NCBI GenBank assembly: GCA_964035575.1
Contig: OZ037837.1
Location: 124,001-188,000 of the forward strand
Length of the DNA stretch: 64,000 nucleotides
Direction of reading: 5' to 3'
Origin: Rhynchopus sp. YZ270_cl-10
Taxonomy: Eukaryota
In this document: positions 56,333 to 64,000 of the stretch, piece by piece
Layout of the letters: the number at the start of each line of letters is the position of its first letter
Position numbering within the stretch: the stretch's first letter is position 1
Position numbers and translations under genes: made by a program
Notes under the pieces: generated by a model
What the model was told of the DNA's origin: nothing
Seen by the model: the letters and a program-made list of their open reading frames with translations, nothing else
Database searches by the model: none

Positions 56333-57658
56333 CAAGTAATTGCTATCGGAAAAAAAACGGGGTGTGGTGTGGAACTCCATCCTGTAGAAATAATCTACAA
56401 CACGCCCAGCATTCTGCTCTTCTGCAGGTATGCTAACGCTCTTCGTACGCTGCCAGACCCACTGGGACGCCAGCATCTGAAACGTTCAAGAAGGGGGGCT
56501 GTCCTCTTCGTCCAGCACCATCTGCTCGATAGCGTTGTTGGACGCCCGCTCGGCAGGCTCGGCGTGGTCCAGCTCGTTTTTGCCCACAGGCTCCCCACAT
56601 TGTCGTCGTCGTTGGAGCAGTGCGGAAGGAACACAGAATGCACAGACTACAACACATCGATCACACCAGGCGCATCAGCACCTCCACCAAATCGCCAGGA
56701 TGCTACGGTGGTTTCGAAAATCGCGCGGAGTTTTCCACAGCACACCCCGCTTTTTTCTTAGCAATTACTTGTCCTTGTTGTTATTGTTGTTTTCAACCAC
56801 CTTCCTTCAACCCTTGTAGGATCAGTTGTTATTTTTTTCGCGAAAACATGAAATTACACATTTCAAGAGAACAAATTAAAAAGGGTCCTTATTTGCATTT
56901 TTGGGCTCCGCCCGTGCAGTGGTGGGGTCAATCTCGAAAATTGGACAATTTTTTGATCACTTAAATTTTGAGAAATATGAGCCCGGTTCCTTATACGTGG
57001 GGCCCATTTTTGGCTAAAATTTTCCTCAAAATCTGGTTTTGTAAAATTGACCCTTTACTCCCCCCCCACATCGATTTCAATACTATACCTTACTTCACCT
57101 ACGGTTACCCTTACAGGGGGGTGAAGGAAGGTAAGTTGAAAAGGGTCCTTATTTGCATTTTTGGGCTCCGCCCGTGCAGTGGTGGGGTCAATCTCGAAAA
57201 TTGGACAATTTTTTGATCACTTAAATTTTGAGAAATATGAGCCCGGTTCCTTATACGTGGGGCCCATTTTCGGCTAAAATTTTCCTCAAAATCTGGTTTT
57301 GTAAAATTGACCCTTTACTCCCCCCCCACATCGATTTCAATACTATACCTTACTTCACCTACGGTTACCCTTACAGGGGGGTGAAGGAAGGTAAGTTGAA
57401 AAGGGTCCTTATTTGCATTTTTGGGCTCCGCCCGTGCAGTGGTGGGGTCAATCTCGAAAATTGGACAATTTTTTGATCACTTAAATTTTGAGAAATATGA
57501 GCCCGGTTCCTTATACGTGGGGCCCATTTTTGGCTAAAATTTTCCTCAAAATCTGGTTTTGTAAAATTGACCCTTTACTCCCCCCCCACATCGATTTCAA
57601 TACTATACCTTACTTCACCTACGGTTACCCTTACAGGGGGGTGAAGGAAGGTAAGTTG
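56333..57658. mobile_element. Composite element with internal complementary region, copy 1 (right-end 260-bp unit present 3 times)
   Basis: Near-identical to 60484-61289 but with different flanks. 56733-56771 is complementary to the left end and 56790-56820 to the right end. Confidence 0.75.
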
Positions 57659-57660
57659 AA
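56881..57660. repeat. Tandem repeat, 3 x 260 bp
   Basis: AAGGGTCCTTATTTGC recurs at 56881, 57141 and 57401. A single copy lies at ~61033-61290. Confidence 0.95.
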
Positions 57661-58173
57661 AACAAACAAATGGCGCCATTTGTTCGCGAAAAAAATTTAG
57701 GGTACGGTGTAAAAATCTATCTTTTTACACCACATAGTCACACACCGAACCCTTTTTTGCGGAGCAAAAAAGGAAAAATGGCGCCGCAGGCAAAAAAAAA
57801 TTGAGGTACAGCCTGGATGGTGCGGTCAGCAACCCAGTTTCATGGTACTCCCGTGGTTCAACCATGATTTTTTCCCCCCGGGGCCCCCCCGCCACACTGG
57901 GCCACGGGAAAATTATTTTTCCCGAAATTTTTTCAAAACTCGGATCCAGAAATCAGGGAAAAAAAAAAAACGGGAAAAAAGTATGAAAACCCCCGGAAAA
58001 AAGTGGGATCCAGAATCCAGATTAGGAAATAGCCTGATCATGTGAAGAAAAAAAAACAAAACTGCAGCCATACGATGATGGTTGTGGCGAGCACATGAGA
58101 GAGAGTATAGGTCACGAAAGGTGTGTGATGACGCAGAAGACGTAGGGGGTGCTCTTGAAGGGTTTGCGTATGA

Positions 58174-59592
58174 CTAGTCGCCTGAAACGCTACCTGGAGA
58201 AGGTGGCATGTCGTCGTCAATGCTCTCCAGGTCCGCCCCAGCATCAATGAGCACCCGCATCACATTGGGATGCGATTCGTCCGCCGCTCTCTGCAACGCA
58301 GTGAGGTTGTTCGATCCTTGGTGGTTCACATCCACCTCCGGCAAGCCCACAAGATAGCGCACAGTCCTGGTACACCCGGCACACGCCGCAAGGATAAGAC
58401 ACGTGTCACCTTCGTTGTCTGTGACAGACACTCCCGCACCTGCTCTGACCAACATCTTCACATCTGCGAGTTCCCCGTTCTCGCAGGCGTTGTGCAGAGC
58501 CGTACGTCCCATGTCGCCCTTTACATCCACGTCTGCCCCTGCATCAATGAGCACCTGCACTACTTCAGGAAATAATTTTTGACCTGAAACGTGCAACGCA
58601 GTGAAGCCCTCGGTCGAACTGTGATCCACGTCCACCTCCGGCATGCACAGAAGATAGCGCACAGTCTCGATGCGTCCAAAATAGGCCGCAAGGATAAGAC
58701 ACGTGTCACCTTCGTTGTCTGTGACACACACTCCCGCACCTGCTCTGACCAACAGCTTTACGCAATCGAGTGCACCTGACAGGCTGGCCAAGAGCAGAGG
58801 CGTACGTCCCCGATCGTCTTCAATTGCCTCGACGTCTGCCCCTGCATCAATGAGCACCTCCACCACTGCGGGTTGGTTTTCTTGCCCTGCAAAGTGCAAC
58901 GCAGTGTAGCCTTCTTCTTCTGCATGATTCACGTCCACTTCAGGAAAGGCCACAAGATAGCGCACAATCTCGACGTATCCAAAATAGGCGGCAAGGGTAA
59001 GACAATTGTCACCATCTTCGTCTGTGACACGCACTCCCGCACCTGCTTTGACCAACATCTTCACAACCGCGAGTTCCCCATAACTGCTAGCCTTGAGCAG
59101 AGGCGTTCGTCCATCCTCGTCTGTTATTTCGATGTCTGCCCCTGAATCAATGAACACCTGACACACTGCAGGGTCCTCCCACATGGCTGGACAGACATCT
59201 TGCTGGTTGGATGCTTCCCGGACAAACGCGACGTTGCTGCAGACATACTTCCAATGCTGCAAGAGGACCTCCGTGCACGCAACGTGGTCTGCGTGGACAC
59301 ACTCACTCAGCAAGATCCCAAAGCCCACCTGCGTTGTATCAACGTACGGAAGAAGCAGTGCAAGGCATTCATCGTGGTTCCCTCTGCATGCCTCGTGTGC
59401 AGCATCGAAGACCACTGTTTGACAGTCTTTGTCTTCGCTGAGATTGGCACGCAGCTTCTCAAGCCCCCGCCTCGCAGCATCAGTGTCACCATTTTTCACA
59501 GACTCGAGAAAGACCTCGTCTGCAGAAGGCTGTCGCTGTCCTCTCTGAGGAGCGTTGTCGTCCGGCATGCTGTATGCGTGTTGCTCCGACAT
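58174..59592 (-). CDS. Ankyrin-repeat protein, paralog 2
   Basis: Same architecture as 53349-54767. Start placed at ATG 59592 (MSEQHA) by comparison with paralog 1. Confidence 0.9.
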   Translation of the reverse strand: MSEQHAYSMPDDNAPQRGQRQPSADEVFLESVKNGDTDAARRGLEKLRANLSEDKDCQTVVFDAAHEACRGNHDECLALLLPYVDTTQVGFGILLSECVHADHVACTEVLLQHWKYVCSNVAFVREASNQQDVCPAMWEDPAVCQVFIDSGADIEITDEDGRTPLLKASSYGELAVVKMLVKAGAGVRVTDEDGDNCLTLAAYFGYVEIVRYLVAFPEVDVNHAEEEGYTALHFAGQENQPAVVEVLIDAGADVEAIEDDRGRTPLLLASLSGALDCVKLLVRAGAGVCVTDNEGDTCLILAAYFGRIETVRYLLCMPEVDVDHSSTEGFTALHVSGQKLFPEVVQVLIDAGADVDVKGDMGRTALHNACENGELADVKMLVRAGAGVSVTDNEGDTCLILAACAGCTRTVRYLVGLPEVDVNHQGSNNLTALQRAADESHPNVMRVLIDAGADLESIDDDMPPSPGSVSGD

Positions 59593-60203
59593 TGTCCGTT
59601 TGTGTGTTCCTGTGTCTTTTGTGTCGGTATATTTATGGTGCTGTTGCAACAGTTTTAAAGCTAAAGGGGAAGGCGAGTGGAGGCTGAGAAAAGCATAGGT
59701 AGAGGAGGTCGTGTACCATGCATGCATGTGTAAAAAGCGCGTAAAAAGACTCTTGCAAACCCACGAAACCCCAAAACCTGAAAAATCGCACCCCTGAAAA
59801 GGGGGTACACATTTACCCTGGCTTTTATTTTTCCTTCCTTCAAAACTTCACACACAACGCTTTTGGTTTTTGGAAGACACACAAGGTGCCAGGTTCTATG
59901 ATATGCACGGAACCACCCTGCACCTGTTTGTCATATATATTGTTTCCCGTGCAATACATGAGGAAACGTTTCGCGTCGAAACTAGGGGTTTTTGAAGAAG
60001 AAAGCAGGGAGCGGAGGGAGGGAAAGCTTTTTGATAAAAATTAGCGAGATACAAAAACCAGCGCGTGTGGAAGAAAAAAGGAGAGGAAGATATTTTTTCT
60101 GATTCAAAGTGGTGTTTACGTTTTGGGTACGGGGCGGAGAATAAAATCTGTTCGATAAAAGAAACGCGAGCTTATTGTTTTATCTTGTTCACTTTAATGA
60201 CTA

Positions 60204-61533
60204 CGCCCTGTAGAGAATAGTATTCGAACGACGGTCGTCTGCGCACTTCTTAGACAGGTCTGTATATGATACACCAGCACCGGAAAAAATCACAAAAAAC
60301 CTTGGAAAAAAACCGAACATATAAAAAGGAACTCAATAGCTGCCTGTAACCGTAGAAAGGGCCAGAGTACATTGCGTCGCCCTGTAGAGAATAGTATTCG
60401 AACGACGGGCGTCTGCGCACTTCTTAGACAGGTCTGTACATGATACACCAGCACCGGAAAAAATCACAAAAAACCTTGGAAAACAAGTAATTGCTGTCGG
60501 AAAAAAAACGGGGTGTGATGTGGAACTCCATCCTGTAGAAATAATCTACAACACGCCCAGCATTCTGCTCTTCTGCAGGTATGCTAACGCTCTTCGTAAG
60601 CTGCCAGACCCACTGGGACGCCAGCATCTGAAACGTTCAAGAAGGGGGGGGCTGTCCTCTTCGTCCAGCACCATCTGCTCGATAGCGTTGTTGGACGTCG
60701 GCTCGGCAGGCTCGGCGTGTTCCAGCTCGTTTTTGTCCACAGGCTCCCCACATTGTCGTCGTCGTTGGAGCAGTGCGGAAGGAACACAGAGTGCACAGAC
60801 TACAACACATCGATCACACCAGGCGCATCAGCACCTCCAGCAAATCGCCAGGATGCTACGGTGGTTTCGAAAATCGCGCGGAGTTTTCCACAGCACACCC
60901 GTTTTTCCTTAGCAATTACTTGTCCTTGTTGTTACTGTTGTTTTCAACCACCTTCCTTCAACCCTTGTAGGGATCAGTTGTAATTTTTTTCGCGAAAACA
61001 TGAAATTATACATTTCAAGAGAACAAATTAAAAAGGGTCCTTATTTGCATTTTTGGGCTCCGCCCGTGCAGTGGTGGGGTCAATCTCGAAAATTGGACAA
61101 TTTTTTGACTACTTAAATTTTGAGAAATATGAGCCCGGTTCCTTATACGTGGGGCCCATTTTCAGCTAAAATTTTCCTCAAAATCTGGTTTTGTAAAATT
61201 GACCCTTTCACCCCCCCCACATCGATTTCAATACTATACCCTACTTCACCTACGGTTGCCCTTACAGGGGGGTGAAGGAAGGTAAGTTGAAAACCGAACA
61301 TATAAAAAGGAACTCAATAGCTGCCTGTAACCGTAGAAAGGGCCAGAGTACATTGCGTCGCCCTGTAGAGAATAGTATTCGAACGACGGTCGTCTGCGCA
61401 CTTCTTAGACAGGTCTGTATATGATACACCAGCACCGGAAAAAATCACAAAAAACCTTGGAAAAAAACCGAACATATAAAAAGGAACTCAATAGCTGCCT
61501 GTAACCGTGTAAACGGCCAGAGTACATTGCGTC
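60204..61533. repeat. Tandem repeat, 3 x ~174 bp, with the middle unit interrupted by the element at 60484-61289
   Basis: CGCCCTGTAGAGAATAGTATTCG at 60204, 60378 and ~61359. Unit 2 breaks at CCTTGGAAAA and resumes at AAAACCGAACAT. Confidence 0.9.
60484..61289. mobile_element. Composite element with internal complementary region, copy 2
   Basis: Ends CAAGTAATTGCT ... GGAAGGTAAGTTG. Inserted in an A-run whose empty state is seen in the adjacent tandem units. Confidence 0.8.
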
Positions 61534-61786
61534 TCATCTACGACCTTACCCGGAGGAGAGGATTCAGTACACATGTCCTCTCATTCCCTGCCCAACTCTA
61601 TGTGTATGATTGTCGAGAAAGAGAGCAGGGGGAAAAGTTTACCTGCGGAAGACTCAAAACAAACTCGCGAACAACAACAAAAAGGTATTTTATGCAAAGT
61701 CCTTCCAAAATAATGTTTCAGTGTCGTTGCCACGCACAGAGGATGCAACTGCCAAAAGCGAACGCACAGTGGCAGCAAGAGCACAA

Positions 61787-63862
61787 CTAAAACGCATTGT
61801 GTTCCCTGTTGTCTCGTGCCTCAAGCACCCGGTAACAACCCTTGTGTTGCACAAGAACGTCTTCAAGTGCAGACGGCAGTGTTGTCCCTTCAGGAGGCTC
61901 GTACAGACACACAACCCCGTCACGCACAGCCTCCTCGCACAGCGCCCAACTCCGACGCACAACATCCCCCATCACAGTCACAAAGCGCTGGCTCCGTGCA
62001 CCAACATCCCCGTGCTGCACAAGGCCGCTTGCAAGACCAGCACCGTTCAGTGCAGACTTCACAGACATGCGCTGCACAAACCGTATCGCGTTCTCCATGT
62101 GTGCAGGTGCCGAACGCGACACGTTCCACCCAACACACACACAGTTCCCAAGCAGCGTCACCAGACTCCCTCCACTCTGCTCCAGTGCCGTCGTCAGTGT
62201 CGTGAGTCGTGAGCTCATCTGGTGAAAGGCTATAATTTTTCCCACGTCACCAACTGCAAGCTGTGCAACTCCCAGTGTGCCCGAGGTCTGACGTGTGGAG
62301 ACTGACAGGTTGTTTGTGGATGAAACAGACGACACATATGTGGAAAAACTTATTGTATGATTGGCAGTTGGTAAAGAAGACTCGCAAAGTGGTGTTTCCC
62401 TTCGTCCCCCAAGTGAGACAGGCCACACACAGCACACAAACGTGTTCCCAGACACACCCTTCAAGTGAACTGCCTCTGGCACACCAGCAACAGCACTGCA
62501 CGACTCAGAGACAGACGTCCACAGGTCAGAGGGAACAGCCACAGCACCAGGCGTGCATGTGCTCTCAAGGCGTGATGCAACGTTCACTGTGTGTCCAAGA
62601 TAGTCTGTCCGTCCCGTCAGTGTGTTCTGCTCCACAGTCACAGGGCCAGTGTTCACACCAATGCGCACAGTCAGACCACCCCACAGCGACCCCTGACGAG
62701 AACAGATGGGTGCATCCTCAAGCAGAGACGCAGGCCAGTCTGCTTCGAAAAGACGTTCCTGCACACGCAACCCAAACGCCACACCGTCAAAAGTGGATGC
62801 AAAGGCAATCATGAATGCGTCGCCAATGGTCTTCACCTCGTACCCACCACACATCCGCATCACATCACGCATCACAGCGTTGTGGATCTGCAGTCCAGCA
62901 CGCATCCCCTCAGGTGTGTTCTCCCAGATCGACGTTGACGCACGGATATCTGTGAACACAATCGTTGCTGTCTCGCTGTCAAGCCCAGGCGGTGCCACAG
63001 TCGGCTGCTGCACACCGTCCTCATCCACCTCAAACAGCGCAGCAGGGAGGTACGGACGGTACTTCCGCAGGTTCTCCTCCAAGTTCCGCAGTGCCGCTGT
63101 CATCCCCTCAGGCAGGTCACCCTCATGCGCCTTCAGCAGCTCCGCCACCTGCTCCACGTCGTAGCCAGCCAGGAGTGCTGCAATTTCCTGCACAGCGTTG
63201 ATCGTCCGCTCCATTGATGCCTGCTCCTTCAGGAGACCACGTGCGAAGCCTCGTGTTGCGATGAAGTCGATGACAAACACACCCACAGCAATGATCTGAC
63301 GGTTCAAAGCTATACTCGTCGTGGGGCAGGGGAGGTCTGTACACTGATGTGCTCTCTCCATGAGTGCTGCCCTCTCCTCCTGTGGCATGATACCAGGGAT
63401 GTCGAGGATGCCAAACCTGAACAATTCTTCCACACCCATGACAACGAAGTACACCACTGCGACACAGACGACACACATGCTGTAGCGTGTGGGCACCTCC
63501 ATCACAAGGAGGAAGTCCACCACAACCACGAGCAACGGCCATGCAGTGTTGCCAATAGCACGAGTAGTGATATCAGCACAAAACGTACCCAGAGAGTAGC
63601 TGTAGGCGATGAACACTATTGCGGGTGTGGTCAGCTTGACTTTGCAAAGTACTAGCATAATGGCGTAGATCGCAGTGCACATTGTACACAGACCTGTGGT
63701 GCGAAATAGATGCCGCCCTCGTAGGTCAACCCACGTATCGAAGCAGTCCACGAGCATCATCAACAGCGCCGCGACGCTCAGGACAAAGAACATTGTCCGC
63801 TTCCGCGTGTCCTTCTTGTCCAGTGTCCCATCCAGCGACAGCACAGCATCCAGACAGCGCAT
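61787..63862 (-). CDS. Multi-pass membrane class III adenylate cyclase (trypanosomatid-type catalytic domain) with a degenerate second cyclase-like C-terminal domain
   Basis: About six hydrophobic segments. Motifs TIVFTDIRASTSIWE, GYEVKTIGDAFMIAF, VRIGVNTG, DYLGHTVNVASRLES, with the K/D purine-specifying residues of adenylate cyclases. C-terminal LVTLLGNCVCVGWN..HGDVG..VMGDVV. Confidence 0.92.
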   Translation of the reverse strand: MRCLDAVLSLDGTLDKKDTRKRTMFFVLSVAALLMMLVDCFDTWVDLRGRHLFRTTGLCTMCTAIYAIMLVLCKVKLTTPAIVFIAYSYSLGTFCADITTRAIGNTAWPLLVVVVDFLLVMEVPTRYSMCVVCVAVVYFVVMGVEELFRFGILDIPGIMPQEERAALMERAHQCTDLPCPTTSIALNRQIIAVGVFVIDFIATRGFARGLLKEQASMERTINAVQEIAALLAGYDVEQVAELLKAHEGDLPEGMTAALRNLEENLRKYRPYLPAALFEVDEDGVQQPTVAPPGLDSETATIVFTDIRASTSIWENTPEGMRAGLQIHNAVMRDVMRMCGGYEVKTIGDAFMIAFASTFDGVAFGLRVQERLFEADWPASLLEDAPICSRQGSLWGGLTVRIGVNTGPVTVEQNTLTGRTDYLGHTVNVASRLESTCTPGAVAVPSDLWTSVSESCSAVAGVPEAVHLKGVSGNTFVCCVWPVSLGGRRETPLCESSLPTANHTISFSTYVSSVSSTNNLSVSTRQTSGTLGVAQLAVGDVGKIIAFHQMSSRLTTLTTALEQSGGSLVTLLGNCVCVGWNVSRSAPAHMENAIRFVQRMSVKSALNGAGLASGLVQHGDVGARSQRFVTVMGDVVRRSWALCEEAVRDGVVCLYEPPEGTTLPSALEDVLVQHKGCYRVLEARDNREHNAF

Positions 63863-64000
63863 TGTTGTTCCTTTTGTGAAAAGAAATACAACCCTTAGCC
63901 TGAAGTACAGAAATGAGGTGCACAATAAGGGGGGAAGGGAATAAACAAAAAGGATCAGACGTTTGAATCATTTCCCACCACAAAGTGCTGTCCTAATAAT

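Larger units (their letters stand above)
55654..58036. mobile_element. CAGGC-ended TIR element, 6-bp TSD ATCATG, in the 3' flank of ankyrin paralog 2
   Basis: ATCATG|CAGGCCATATCCTAAATC ... GATTAGGAAATAGCCTG|ATCATG. GGATCCAGAA subterminal modules. The paralogous empty site is visible at ~53130-53182. Confidence 0.8.

Noticed and set aside
56881..61533. CRISPR-like appearance of the regularly spaced repeats
   Set aside because: Units are full-length tandem copies with no unique spacers, there are no cas genes, and the context is eukaryotic.
63896..63915. TTTCTGTACTT (minus strand) resembling part of a euglenozoan spliced leader, upstream of the cyclase
   Set aside because: Only about 11 bp match. 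A pyrimidine tract before an AG acceptor explains it adequately.

Overview
Eukaryotic nuclear DNA, most consistent with a euglenozoan and probably a diplonemid. This is an inference from three things: every recognisable gene lies on the minus strand as in a directional gene cluster, there is a trypanosomatid-type adenylate cyclase, and there are also several short GTATGY...ACAG cis-introns. The window is a tandem-paralog-rich accessory region. It holds ubiquitin-like-domain + LRR genes (one intact, one frameshifted, three remnants), a Cys-rich secreted protein, two PC-esterase/SGNH-like genes, three copies of a 4-exon RRM-Gly-rich-WW gene, an ankyrin-JmjC gene, two signal-peptide CUB/mucin/WD40 genes, two ankyrin-repeat genes and a multi-TM adenylate cyclase. 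Intergenic space is filled with non-autonomous inverted-repeat elements: a four-deep nest at 38.7-43.5 kb, several CA...TG elements with 5-6 bp TSDs, a 1.25 kb foldback, and a twice-present, apparently TSD-less element whose internal segment is complementary to both of its own ends. An isolated, locally re-duplicated 28S rRNA fragment is also present. No transposase ORF was recognised. All calls come from reading the sequence by eye; no searches were run.
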